From: an uncultured Candidatus Saccharibacteria bacterium
GTDB taxonomy: Bacteria > Patescibacteriota > Saccharimonadia > Saccharimonadales > JBBQAJ01
Direction of reading: 5' to 3'
Length of the DNA: 64,000 bases
NCBI GenBank assembly: GCA_964593805.1
Contig: CAZQHP010000001.1
Span: forward strand, 256,091-320,090
The translations under genes were made by a program, and so were the position numbers. A model generated the notes under the pieces. That model did not search any database, was not told where the DNA came from, and saw nothing but the letters and a program-made list of their open reading frames with translations. Shown here in pieces: positions 1 to 10,984 of this stretch (positions are counted from its first letter, which is position 1; each line of letters begins with the position of its first letter).

Positions 1-772
1 TGCCCGCTTGCAATTGCGAAAACTGTTCCCGTCTAATTATGGGGTTGCCAAAAAAAGAGCCGGTGTTGGCCACAGTTTTAACGTCCGGCAATTTGGCAGT
101 GCGAATCGCCATCACGGCTTGGCGCACGTCGGCAACGGTCGGAGAAGTAATCCGATACTGCTCAAAATATTTCTGAACCGACTCATAGTACGGCGGGTGC
201 GGTTGATGTTTTGATAGCAGCAGCGTGACGGCTGTTATGAAAAAACGCCCTTTATCTGTTGTTTTGAAGCGGCTGGTACGGTAGCCAAAACCGCACTCTG
301 ACGCGGGTATTGTCACGGATTGTCCAGTCAACAGGTCATAGCCCTCCACGGTCACGAGCACGTCGCTAATTTCTTTGCCGTAAGCACCAACGTTTTGGAC
401 CGGCGTGGCGCCAGCGGTACCAGGGATCATAGATAATTCCGCTATGCCGTTATAGCCCATGGCCACGCTGCGTTCTACCACCGTATCCCAATTTTCACCC
501 GCGCCAATTTTGAAATACAAAGAATCTGCCTGCGCGCTATTCGTTTCAAAACCCATAAGACGATTTACTAGCACCAAGCCAGGGAAACCCTCGTCGCGCC
601 AGACAATGTTGCTGCCGTCCCCTATCATCAGCGTGGGCAGTTCGTGTTCTTTGGCCCAAGCAACCAGCTCAAGAATATCACCGCGCTCTTTCACTTCGCT
701 CAAGTGCGCCGCTTTGCCGCCGAGCCTCATAGTGGAATAGGTTTTCAAAGGCACATCGTCCTGAATAAACAT
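1..772 (-). CDS. murB: UDP-N-acetylenolpyruvoylglucosamine reductase MurB, C-terminal end cut by window edge
   Basis: Reverse-strand translation from ATG at 772-770 gives MFIQDDVPLKTYSTMRLGGKAAHL...MIGDGSNIVW...SMIPGTAGATPVQNVGAYG...CGFGYRTSRFK, typical MurB FAD-binding and substrate regions. The ORF runs off the window, so it is absent from the ORF track. Confidence 0.85.
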   Translation of the reverse strand, partial: MFIQDDVPLKTYSTMRLGGKAAHLSEVKERGDILELVAWAKEHELPTLMIGDGSNIVWRDEGFPGLVLVNRLMGFETNSAQADSLYFKIGAGENWDTVVERSVAMGYNGIAELSMIPGTAGATPVQNVGAYGKEISDVLVTVEGYDLLTGQSVTIPASECGFGYRTSRFKTTDKGRFFITAVTLLLSKHQPHPPYYESVQKYFEQYRITSPTVADVRQAVMAIRTAKLPDVKTVANTGSFFGNPIIRREQFSQLQAG

Positions 773-904
773 ACACTAAGAGTACAGAGTCCAGAGTTCG
801 TAGTCCAGGGGGTCAATTTGATGCCCATCTGGAAATTGATACTTGGAATTTCTAGAATTCCTTGTGCTTGCAAGGAATTCTGGCAAGGCGTACCATGGAA
901 AGAC

Positions 905-1462
905 ATGAACGAGGCAAACAAACAACTTCCATTTCAATCATTAGGGACTCACCTCAGGCGCATAAGAGAAAAGCGCCAAGAAACACTAGCCGAGGTATCG
1001 GGCGCGGTGGAGATTGAGCCGGATGCTCTGAGCGCCATCGAAAAAGGCGCCGAACGCCCCGGTGAAGACATTTTGCTTCTTCTTATCAGTCACTTTGCCA
1101 CCAAAGAAGATTTGGCAACCAAACTCTGGGAACTGGCTGGCTATGATGAGGACGAACTGCCGGTAAAAAACATGGCAAACAGCCCTCACGCGTACGCCCA
1201 AAACGGCGTGTTGGCGCAGGGTGATACGCGGATTGTGTACACCGACATGATTCATGTCATGGTCAATAACTACGGCGTTGTCATGGATTTTATGCAAACC
1301 GCCGGACCCGGTAACCAGCCTTTGGCAGTTTCACGGGTCGGCATGAGCAAAAAACACGCCCGGAGCGTTTTGGAAATTCTGCAAAAAACATTAGGATTGC
1401 ATAAACCCAAATCGCTTCCCGCCAAAAATCCCACCCACCCAAACAAAAACCCCGACGCCTAA
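905..1462 (+). CDS. XRE/Cro-type helix-turn-helix transcriptional regulator
   Basis: Part of ORF 644-1462. The upstream part overlaps murB on the other strand, so ATG 905 is preferred. N-terminus LGTHLRRIREKRQETLAEVSGAVEIEPDALSAIEKG is an XRE-type HTH. Confidence 0.6.
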   Translation: MNEANKQLPFQSLGTHLRRIREKRQETLAEVSGAVEIEPDALSAIEKGAERPGEDILLLLISHFATKEDLATKLWELAGYDEDELPVKNMANSPHAYAQNGVLAQGDTRIVYTDMIHVMVNNYGVVMDFMQTAGPGNQPLAVSRVGMSKKHARSVLEILQKTLGLHKPKSLPAKNPTHPNKNPDA

Positions 1463-1480
1463 AAACAAGCTACCGTAGCA

Positions 1481-2551
1481 GTGTTTGTTATAGTGAAAGA
1501 CATGATAACGCGCAGCCTTCACGACGTCCGCGACGACGTAGATACGCTCTTGGCCAAACATCTGCTTTCGCAGCAAGCCAGAGCAGATGAATTGCACACG
1601 GACTACGGCTTTTTATGGCAGTCATTGCTGGATTTGCACGAAGCCGGCGGCAAGCGAATGCGGCCGTATCTGTTCATTGCGGCTTACGAGGCTCTAGGCG
1701 GTTCGGACTATAAAGGCGTCCTGCCAATCGGCGCTGCCCTTGAACTGTTGCACACGGCTTTACTTATCCATGATGACGTTATTGATCGGGATTATGTGCG
1801 CCGCGGCGCCAGCAATGTAGCGGGCACATACCAGCAGCGTTACGCAGGCCTGAAAGCTAGCGACGTTGATAAACAGCATTTTTCCAATAGTGCCGCAATT
1901 TTAGCCGGCGACCTCATGATCTCTGAAGCGTACCAGTTAATTTTTGCGAGTCATTTGCCAGCTGTCCAAAAGATTAAAGCAGCCCAGCTGCTTGGTGAAA
2001 CGACCTATGTGGTAGCTGGCGGCGAACTGCTTGACACCGAGGCGGTGCTATACCCGCCTGATGCCGCGAATAGCTTGCAGATTGCGGAGCTAAAAACTGC
2101 CTTTTACTCATGCGTAACACCGCTAGTTATGGGTGGTGTATTGGCAGAAACGGATGATGCCACATTGGCTCTCCTGAAAGACGTTGGGACTAATTTTGGC
2201 ATCGCTTTTCAGCTGGTTGACGACATAGCGGGCGTTTTTGGCAATCCAAAACAAACCGGCAAAGCCACAGTGGGTGATTTACGCGAGGGCAAGCGCACGT
2301 ATTTATTACAGCGAACGCTTCAATTGGCATCCGTCGCGCAAAAAAAACAGCTAAAAACTATAATTGGCAACCCGGCAGCCGATAAGACCATGATGCGGCA
2401 AGCTCGAGAAATCATGGTAGCTTGCGGTGCGAAAGCAGAAGTTGAGAAGTCCATAAAACAGTATGTTGAACAAGCCGCTCAAGCGGTAAATAAACTGCCA
2501 ATTAGCAACGAGTCTAAAAACACGCTGGTAACATTTATCGGCCAAATTTGA
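1481..2551 (+). CDS. trans-polyprenyl diphosphate synthase (IspA/GGPPS family)
   Basis: Two Asp-rich motifs, LLIHDDVIDRD and FQLVDDIAGVFG. GTG start at 1481, alternative ATG at 1502. Confidence 0.85.
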   Translation: MFVIVKDMITRSLHDVRDDVDTLLAKHLLSQQARADELHTDYGFLWQSLLDLHEAGGKRMRPYLFIAAYEALGGSDYKGVLPIGAALELLHTALLIHDDVIDRDYVRRGASNVAGTYQQRYAGLKASDVDKQHFSNSAAILAGDLMISEAYQLIFASHLPAVQKIKAAQLLGETTYVVAGGELLDTEAVLYPPDAANSLQIAELKTAFYSCVTPLVMGGVLAETDDATLALLKDVGTNFGIAFQLVDDIAGVFGNPKQTGKATVGDLREGKRTYLLQRTLQLASVAQKKQLKTIIGNPAADKTMMRQAREIMVACGAKAEVEKSIKQYVEQAAQAVNKLPISNESKNTLVTFIGQI

Positions 2552-2565
2552 ACACCACAACACGC

Positions 2566-3234
2566 TTATTCTTTAGGAGTAGCCGCACCATGCTTGTGGA
2601 GAGATTCGTACAGAACCGCCAGCGCCCCGCTGTACATAATCAGCAAATAAATAGCCACTGGTATCCCAATAATCGTAAAGATAAGTAAAATCATCAACAA
2701 ATTGACGCCGAAAATACCCCAAACTTTGCTTGCGTGTCCTTGGCTGGCGGTCCAGCTTGCCTTGATTGACTCCCACGGACCCAGTTTTTTGTCTATCAGA
2801 AAATAATTGGCCAGAACGAGTCGCGGCAAGACAATGAAAAACGGCACGATGAGCAGCAGCAAACTACCAAAAGCTATCAGCGTGACCAAAATTGTGTACA
2901 GCACCATATTGAGTAGATAGGGCCAGCCCTTTTTGATTGATGCCTCAAGCGGCAGTTTTTGCTTGCGGCTGCCGGCAAGGTACGCCAGGGTCAGGCTAGC
3001 CGTAAACAAAGCACCTGCAACCAGGCTAATAATCTGTCCCGCAAAACCGAGCTTCCACTCCGTGGCTGAGGAAAAGACAATACTGCCCAGCCCTAGAAGC
3101 AAAATCGTGCCTAGGTTGAATTTCACGGCCTGCTTGGAATACTTATAAATGCCAAAAGCCCCCGGCCATTCCGTTGGCACGCCGGCCAAAACGGCTTCGT
3201 TATTTTTTGCTGTATCTGTATCTTGTTGAGTCAT
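2566..3234 (-). CDS. integral membrane protein, unknown function
   Basis: 222-aa ORF with about 5 long hydrophobic helices. No catalytic motif recognised. Confidence 0.6.
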   Translation of the reverse strand: MTQQDTDTAKNNEAVLAGVPTEWPGAFGIYKYSKQAVKFNLGTILLLGLGSIVFSSATEWKLGFAGQIISLVAGALFTASLTLAYLAGSRKQKLPLEASIKKGWPYLLNMVLYTILVTLIAFGSLLLLIVPFFIVLPRLVLANYFLIDKKLGPWESIKASWTASQGHASKVWGIFGVNLLMILLIFTIIGIPVAIYLLIMYSGALAVLYESLHKHGAATPKE

Positions 3235-3344
3235 AATGTCCGCCTATACTACAGTTGTTTCCCGCATAATATCACGCCGCGAATTATAAAAGCAAAGTTG
3301 GTACCGCTTAGTTTATGAAGTTAGAACCATGCTGGTAGCTGGTC

Positions 3345-4229
3345 TTAGTATAAGCGCTGTTTGATTTTAGCAACCGTTTTTTTAATATTTTCCTCATCTT
3401 CTTTACCGGCATGAAATCCTAGATTTATTATTTGTATCATAGCTTGCCGCACAGCAATTTTTTCCATAAGGTGTGGACTATTGTGGTCATATTCCTTAAG
3501 CACCGCTTCAAAAACAGCTTTATCATCTTTAAGCTCTAGAAAATCTTTAGAGCGGTCATAATAGGCAACATCACCAAAATCAATAATGCCGACCGAACCG
3601 TTCTGTCCATAAAGTATATTTTCAAAATGTAAATCACCGTGGCTAAGCACCGGCTCACTGCCTAGTTCTAGTAACTTAGCAGGCCAAGCCCCATAAACAA
3701 GCTGATGTAGTCGTTGCTGTTCGTTGTCAGAAAAGTATTGGACTATTGTAGCCTTACTGCTTTCATACCAACGCTGTATTTGTTTTGCTTCATCTCTCAC
3801 GGTCATTGTCCTTACGTCTGGAAGCTGAAGTTCATGGAACTTTTTTAAAAAGTTACCCAGGATTTTGCCTATCAATTGTTTTTGAGTTGTGCTCAGCGTC
3901 TCAAAAATCTCACTAACGGGTGAGCCTTGCACGCCTTCATAGCCGAAATAAGCGCCATAAGAATGTTCCCACAGTATCTTTTGAACCACCACATCTGTAT
4001 CTAAATCGGCCACATATTTAATCGCGGCTATTTCATATTTATATAGGTTTTGTATTTTTTCAGACCGAGGAAACTTAAAGAAGTACCGACCATTATTAAA
4101 TGAATAGACCCGGCTATCCCACCCACGGTTATTTAAAACGATTTCGTCTGTTCCAGAAAGCCCAGCTATGTCTTTAATGAGTTGTTTTTCGTTTTCGATA
4201 GTAGCAATATCGGTTTTTTGGGAAGGCAT
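3345..4229 (-). CDS. aminoglycoside/choline-kinase-type phosphotransferase (APH family)
   Basis: Catalytic loop HGDLHFENILY and IIDFGD motif of the APH/ChoK kinase fold. Confidence 0.75.
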   Translation of the reverse strand: MPSQKTDIATIENEKQLIKDIAGLSGTDEIVLNNRGWDSRVYSFNNGRYFFKFPRSEKIQNLYKYEIAAIKYVADLDTDVVVQKILWEHSYGAYFGYEGVQGSPVSEIFETLSTTQKQLIGKILGNFLKKFHELQLPDVRTMTVRDEAKQIQRWYESSKATIVQYFSDNEQQRLHQLVYGAWPAKLLELGSEPVLSHGDLHFENILYGQNGSVGIIDFGDVAYYDRSKDFLELKDDKAVFEAVLKEYDHNSPHLMEKIAVRQAMIQIINLGFHAGKEDEENIKKTVAKIKQRLY

Positions 4230-4341
4230 AATACCTTTATCTTAGCAAATCAGGAAAAACTGGTTCGAATCTCGACAGTACTAAGTTAAAATCAGAACCA
4301 AGATTCAACAGATTACAGACGAGTTTTTCTTAACATAGAAA

Positions 4342-4418
4342 TGGTACACCCGGCGCGATTTGAACGCACGACCTTTGGTACCGGAAACCAACGCTCTATC
4401 CAGCTGAGCTACGGGTGC
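4342..4418 (-). tRNA. tRNA-Arg (anticodon CCG), CCA encoded
   Basis: The reverse complement GCACCCGTAGCTCAGCTGGATAGAGCGTTGGTTTCCGGTACCAAAGGTCGTGCGTTCAAATCGCGCCGGGTGTACCA folds as a cloverleaf. Anticodon loop is TTCCGGT. Confidence 0.85.
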
Positions 4419-4419
4419 T

Positions 4420-4494
4420 TGGTGCCCCTGGAGAGACTCGAACTCCCAATTTCAGTTCCGAAGACTGATGTGATATCCATTTCACTACAAGGGC
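4420..4494 (-). tRNA. tRNA-Arg (anticodon UCG), CCA encoded
   Basis: The reverse complement GCCCTTGTAGTGAAATGGATATCACATCAGTCTTCGGAACTGAAATTGGGAGTTCGAGTCTCTCCAGGGGCACCA has a 7-bp acceptor stem, GTGA/TCAC D stem, anticodon loop CTTCGGA and T loop TTCGAGT. Confidence 0.8.
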
Positions 4495-4540
4495 ACAAAA
4501 CACCTACAAGTTTAGCATTTTATCTGTAGAATACGTAGTT

Positions 4541-5824
4541 ATGACACAGATTCGTAGTATTGAGGAGGCCAATCAGTTGCTGGCGGCATACGTGCCGCAG
4601 GTTAGGGAATTGCTAGGTAAAGATCTTACATTGGCACGCATGGAACCGTTGCTGGCGCGCCTGGGAAATCCTGAGCGCGGGCTCAAAATCATCCACGTGG
4701 CTGGCACGTCTGGCAAAACCTCTACGGCTTACTATATTGCTTCGCTGCTGAAGGTAGCGGGGAAGAGGGTTGGCTTGACGGTATCGCCGCATTTGGATTC
4801 GGTGAGGGAGCGGGTACAGATAGACCTGGAGCCATTGCCCGAAGCCGTATTTTGCCAGGCGCTGGGAGAGTTTTTAGATCTGATTGCCGAGGTTGAGCCG
4901 AAGCCAACCTACTTTGAGCTGTTAATTGCGTTCGTGTACTGGTACTTTGCCAAAATTGGCGTGGACTACGCGGTTATAGAAACGGGTCTGGGGGGGAGCT
5001 TTGATGCCACAAACGTAGCAGGGAACAGCAGTAAAATTTGCGTTATTACAGATATAGGGCTAGACCACACGCATGTGCTTGGAGACACCTTAACAGAGAT
5101 AGCAGGGCAGAAGGCCGGCATAATCCATAACGGCAATCAAGTATTTATGCACCAGCAGTCCCCTGCTGTCATGGGCGTTTTTGAAAAGGTAACAAAAGAA
5201 CGAAACGCAATACTTAACGTGTTAAGTGATTTTGAAAACCTCAGCAGGGGACTATTTGTGCCGGAATTCGCAAAACTACCGCAATATCAGCAGCGCAACT
5301 GGTTGCTGGCCAAAGCGTCCTATGACTATATTGCCGAACAAAATTCCCTGCCCTCGCTAAATACTGTGCAGTTGGCCCAGGGCATGGCCATACAAGTGCC
5401 TGGGCGCATGGAGGTTCGGGCTTTAGCCGGCAAGACCATTGTCATGGATGGCGCCCACAACGAACAGAAGATGGAAGCTTTTGTAAACAGTTTCAAAGCG
5501 CTGTACCCCGGCAAAAAGGCGAACGTTTTGCTGGCGCTGAAAGAAGGCAAAGAATACAAAACGGTTTTGCCGTTGATTCGTCCAATCTGCAACCGGCTGA
5601 TTGTGACGTCTTTCAAAACGGCCCAGGATCTGCCAATAATTTCAATCAATCCAAAAGTCCTAGCAGCTGCAGCAAAAAAGCTTGGCTTTGGAATTGTTCA
5701 GACCGAGCCGGATTACGTGAAAGCGTTCCAGCTACTGCTAGAATCTCCAAAAAATATCACTATCATAACCGGTTCTTTTTATTTGCTAAGCAGCCTGAGA
5801 CCCTACATACTTAAGAACACATGA
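4541..5824 (+). CDS. folC: folylpolyglutamate synthase / dihydrofolate synthase
   Basis: Mur-ligase P-loop HVAGTSGKTST, plus ETGLGG and DGAHN motifs. Confidence 0.85.
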   Translation: MTQIRSIEEANQLLAAYVPQVRELLGKDLTLARMEPLLARLGNPERGLKIIHVAGTSGKTSTAYYIASLLKVAGKRVGLTVSPHLDSVRERVQIDLEPLPEAVFCQALGEFLDLIAEVEPKPTYFELLIAFVYWYFAKIGVDYAVIETGLGGSFDATNVAGNSSKICVITDIGLDHTHVLGDTLTEIAGQKAGIIHNGNQVFMHQQSPAVMGVFEKVTKERNAILNVLSDFENLSRGLFVPEFAKLPQYQQRNWLLAKASYDYIAEQNSLPSLNTVQLAQGMAIQVPGRMEVRALAGKTIVMDGAHNEQKMEAFVNSFKALYPGKKANVLLALKEGKEYKTVLPLIRPICNRLIVTSFKTAQDLPIISINPKVLAAAAKKLGFGIVQTEPDYVKAFQLLLESPKNITIITGSFYLLSSLRPYILKNT

Positions 5825-6297
5825 TACGACTCATAGCGGCGATTGATACCAAGCGGGGCATAGCCAAAGGCAGGCTTCAGCCGTGGTACATACCCAACGA
5901 CGAAAAATACTTTTTAGAACAAACCAGCAAATGGGGCGGCGAAGTACTGATGGGCAGCAAAACCTACGAAGTTATTGGCCACCCGTTGGCAAACCGCAAA
6001 AACTATGTGGTCAGCCGCGATGCGGTTACGGTAAACGGGGCAGAAATTGTAAGTGACCTAGACGGGTTTTTAAAATCGTTTGAGCGCGATCTGTGGGTTA
6101 TAGGCGGGGCGTCAGTTTTTGAACAAGCTTTGCCGTATGCCGACGAACTGTACCTGACAGAAATCCAGGCAGACTTTGGCTGCGACCAGTTTTTCCCCGA
6201 TTTCACGGCGTCATTTATGCCTTTTGGCGAAGACTCTCTGCAAGAACAAAACGGCTTTATTTATAAATTTGCCGTCTACACCAAGCGCCAAAACTAA
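5821..6297 (+). CDS. folA: dihydrofolate reductase
   Basis: 158 aa. MIRLIAAID...PWYIPNDEKYF...LMGSKTYEVIG...NRKNYVVSR...VIGGASVF matches the DHFR layout. Start overlaps the folC stop (ATGA). Confidence 0.8.
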   Translation: MIRLIAAIDTKRGIAKGRLQPWYIPNDEKYFLEQTSKWGGEVLMGSKTYEVIGHPLANRKNYVVSRDAVTVNGAEIVSDLDGFLKSFERDLWVIGGASVFEQALPYADELYLTEIQADFGCDQFFPDFTASFMPFGEDSLQEQNGFIYKFAVYTKRQN

Positions 6298-6329
6298 GTC
6301 TTGCGCAGCGTGTTAAAATATCTAGCAGA

Positions 6330-6485
6330 ATGCTAATTTATTTCGCACACGCTACCGAAACCCCGCATGTTCCACACGAAGGACCAAGTTTTTGGCTGCT
6401 TGTAGCTGGGATAGCCACCGTACTTCTGATAGCGCTCTGGCTGGACGGCAGAAAATCCAAAAGTCCTAGCAAAGACGAATTCTAG
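6330..6485 (+). CDS. possible 51-aa single-pass membrane peptide
   Basis: Small ORF MLIYFAHATETPHVPHEGPSFWLLVAGIATVLLIALWLDGRKSKSPSKDEF with one clear TM helix. Below the ORF-track cut-off, no other support. Confidence 0.3.
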   Translation: MLIYFAHATETPHVPHEGPSFWLLVAGIATVLLIALWLDGRKSKSPSKDEF

Positions 6486-7078
6486 GCAGTCGCTGTTTTC
6501 CTGGCGATTTTTTCTGTCACAATGTGCCGAACCGCTACGTCGTGCGGTTCGTGGGGCAGGCCTTGTTTGATTAGCCCGAATTCATAGCACAAACCTATTG
6601 TCAAAGCCCGCGGTTGCGTGGCAAGGAATCTGTCATACCAGCCTTTGCCGTGGCCAAGCCTGTGGCCTGCCTTATCAAACCCAAGCATCGGCACGATGAC
6701 TACGTCAAACTGCTCGCCATCCGGCAAAACCTCACCATCTATCGGCTCGGGAATACGGAGGCCTTGACGCTGCCACTTTGTACTTGGTGCGACAAGCACG
6801 GAATCATACTTCCCGCTACTGCTCAAAACTGGAACTGCCGTTTTAATTTTTGGATGCATCTGCCACGCGTATTCCAGCAAATGCCAACTATCAACTTCGT
6901 TTTCTTTGAGTACCGGCACATAGGTATGGAGGGTTTTAATCTCTGTCCAAGGGATTAATTTTATGCATCTGCCAATGATTTTCTCGCTCCAGGCTTTGAC
7001 GTCTGCCTCTGCAAGATTTTGCCGTTGTGACTTTAGCTTTGCCCTAAGCTCTGTCTTAGATAACTTCATAGCCAGCAT
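6482..7078 (-). CDS. 5-formyltetrahydrofolate cyclo-ligase
   Basis: LRAKLKSQRQNL N-terminus and VPMLGFDKAGHRLGHGKGWYDRFL C-terminal signature of the MTHFS family. Alternative start at M4. Confidence 0.8.
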   Translation of the reverse strand: MLAMKLSKTELRAKLKSQRQNLAEADVKAWSEKIIGRCIKLIPWTEIKTLHTYVPVLKENEVDSWHLLEYAWQMHPKIKTAVPVLSSSGKYDSVLVAPSTKWQRQGLRIPEPIDGEVLPDGEQFDVVIVPMLGFDKAGHRLGHGKGWYDRFLATQPRALTIGLCYEFGLIKQGLPHEPHDVAVRHIVTEKIARKTATA

Positions 7079-7260
7079 TGTACCGCAAGACTTGCAAAAA
7101 CCACGGCAAAATATCTGCCAGTAATACTATTGGGCTATGAGGCATATTTAGATAAGACCGACGCAACCAGACGGGAAGGTTTTATGAAGACAACAGAGGG
7201 GAAACGACTTTTCAGACAACAGTATCGTGATATAATTGCTCAGCTCTCAAATGAGGTCGA

Positions 7261-7337
7261 GGGCCAGTAGCTCAGCTGGTTAGAGCACCTGCCTCTTAAG
7301 CAGGGTGTCCGGGGTTCAAGTCCCCGCTGGCCCTCCA
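7261..7337 (+). tRNA. tRNA-Lys (anticodon CUU), CCA encoded
   Basis: GGGCCAGTAGCTCAGCTGGTTAGAGCACCTGCCTCTTAAGCAGGGTGTCCGGGGTTCAAGTCCCCGCTGGCCCTCCA forms a canonical cloverleaf. Anticodon loop is CTCTTAA. Confidence 0.9.
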
Positions 7338-7345
7338 ATTCATGC

Positions 7346-7366
7346 AGTCCCTTTTGGGACTTTTTG
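7346..7366 (+). terminator. intrinsic terminator after tRNA-Lys
   Basis: AGTCCC-TTTT-GGGACT hairpin followed by TTTTT. Confidence 0.6.
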
Positions 7367-7505
7367 AATTGGACTGTTTGTGGATTGAAGCCTGGACACG
7401 CCAAAAGGGTGTCTGGGGGGAGAACTGCCAGATGGCAGTTTGGACGGGAATAAACTCTTGAAAACTGGTTTTCAAAGATGTTTTTCTGGGGTCGCCAGAG
7501 GTGAC

Positions 7506-7527
7506 CAAGTCCCTCCTGGCCCTCCAA
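7506..7527 (+). repeat. direct repeat of the tRNA-Lys 3' end (att-like scar)
   Basis: CAAGTCCCTCCTGGCCCTCCAA versus tRNA positions 7317-7338 CAAGTCCCCGCTGGCCCTCCAA, 20 of 22 identical, same orientation. Confidence 0.7.
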
Positions 7528-7588
7528 GATTCGTAAATTGGCTTACGAGTAGCGCTGTCTAGTACTTGTTGCTTGGTATACTGAGCGC

Positions 7589-9637
<2,049 letters not shown>

Positions 9638-9729
9638 ACTATATATTAGTAGGAGCCGCATTCACTTTTGCTTTCCATTTAAAAAGACTTACGAAAAGTA
9701 AATCTTTTTAAATAACTTAATTTTTACTA

Positions 9730-10140
9730 TTAATTTACAGTTAGCGTGCCGGTTGCTTTCAAAACTAGCGAACCGTTATTTCTCTGTTCTTTGACTTCAT
9801 GATAGATCTGGCCGGCACTTCTTGCTTGATGAGTAACAATAAAGTTGCCGTTACCGTCAGTTATGACAGAAACCCAGTATGGCCACTCGCCGTACGTCGC
9901 GCCAACCGTAACCCATTTGTTAGCTCCGAAACCAGTGCCGCTAACAGTATAGTCCGTGCCTACTGTCGCCGGATTTGGGCTAAAAAGAATGCTGGCTTGT
10001 GGTTTTCCGCCCTTGCCAGCTGCAAAAGTAAGATTTAACGTCAGAAAACCAATCGCTGCAAAAGCCGCGACAAACAGCAAAAGTGTAACCCTGCCGAATT
10101 TATATTTTCCCTTTAACAATTGCTTAGTATTTTTTACCAT
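9730..10140 (-). CDS. small secreted/anchored protein, unknown function
   Basis: Signal/anchor sequence VTLLLFVAAFAAIGFLTLNLTFAAG. The ORF-track start (TTG 10200) coincides with a TTGACA -35 box, so ATG 10140 behind GAGGA is preferred. Confidence 0.6.
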   Translation of the reverse strand: MVKNTKQLLKGKYKFGRVTLLLFVAAFAAIGFLTLNLTFAAGKGGKPQASILFSPNPATVGTDYTVSGTGFGANKWVTVGATYGEWPYWVSVITDGNGNFIVTHQARSAGQIYHEVKEQRNNGSLVLKATGTLTVN

Positions 10141-10282
10141 TAGGAGCATCCTCATATAAAATGTTGTTTTTACAATAGGAGTAATTCTTATGCTTGTCAA
10201 ATAAATGTGTCACAGGCTACTTTAGTATCCTTAATGGTGACCGGCATACAGGTAAAGCCCGCACCTCTGTTACAATAGCTAG

Positions 10283-10984
10283 GTGAAATTATTAAATGGC
10301 GCGGAACTGGCCGAATTTATCAAAGAGCGGCAGGCCAAGCAGGTGCGGGCGCTCCGGCAGGCGCATGGAATTGCGCCCAAACTGGCTGTTGTTCTAACTG
10401 GCGAGAGCGTGGCCGCGGACAGAAATTTTAAACTCAAACAAAGTTATGGCGCGGATATATTGATAGACGTAGACGTTCATTCGGTTGACCAAACCCAAGC
10501 CGCAGAAATCATCCGGCAATTAAATTCGGACCCAGCCGTGCACGGCATAATTGTCCAGCCGCCGGCCGCCGAAATTATAAATACAGTGGCCGCAGAAAAA
10601 GACGTGGAAGGGCTCAGCCAACACGCGGTACTAGAGGCCTCGGCTCCACTAGCGATTGACTGGCTGCTGGCTGGCTATAACGTGGATTTGCGGGGCAAAC
10701 ATATAGTTATAGTTGAGCAAAACGAACTGGCTGGCGAGCTGCTCGCCAAAAGATGGCAAACTTCTGGGTTTGACGCGGTGGTGATAGAAAGCCGCGCCGA
10801 AAACTTAGCCGCGGTTATCAAGGAAGCGGACGTATTAATCTGCGCCAGTGTAACAGAGGGGCTGATATCAAAAGAAACGGTCAAACCAAACGCCGTGATT
10901 GTAGATCGCGGCGTAGGCCCGCTGACCGTCTGCGCCCTATTTGAAAACGTAATTAGAGCCGCAAGAGCTACAATTAAAGTATGA
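10283..10984 (+). CDS. folD: FolD-like protein (methylene-THF dehydrogenase/cyclohydrolase homolog), shortened and motif-degenerate
   Basis: The N-terminal half aligns by eye to FolD (MKLLNGAELAEFIKE...LAVVLTG...IIVQ, DVEG, GVGPLTV). The Rossmann G-x-S-x-x-V-G-x-P and PCTP motifs are not recognisable, and about 50 aa are missing. Confidence 0.6.
   Translation: MKLLNGAELAEFIKERQAKQVRALRQAHGIAPKLAVVLTGESVAADRNFKLKQSYGADILIDVDVHSVDQTQAAEIIRQLNSDPAVHGIIVQPPAAEIINTVAAEKDVEGLSQHAVLEASAPLAIDWLLAGYNVDLRGKHIVIVEQNELAGELLAKRWQTSGFDAVVIESRAENLAAVIKEADVLICASVTEGLISKETVKPNAVIVDRGVGPLTVCALFENVIRAARATIKV

Noticed and set aside
459-904. ORF 459-740 and the 5' extension of ORF 644-1462
   Set aside because: They lie opposite the murB coding sequence, which reads cleanly on the minus strand. 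The HTH gene is better started at ATG 905.
4261-4290. GGTTCGAATC T-loop-like motif suggesting a tRNA fragment
   Set aside because: The flanking bases do not form a T stem, and there is no acceptor or anticodon arm.
4341-4529. 62-aa plus-strand ORF
   Set aside because: It is the complement of two tRNA-Arg genes. The sequence folds into cloverleaves on the minus strand.
7240-7527. 95-aa and 70-aa minus-strand ORFs
   Set aside because: They overlap tRNA-Lys and the hairpin-rich trailer, with no Shine-Dalgarno and implausible composition.
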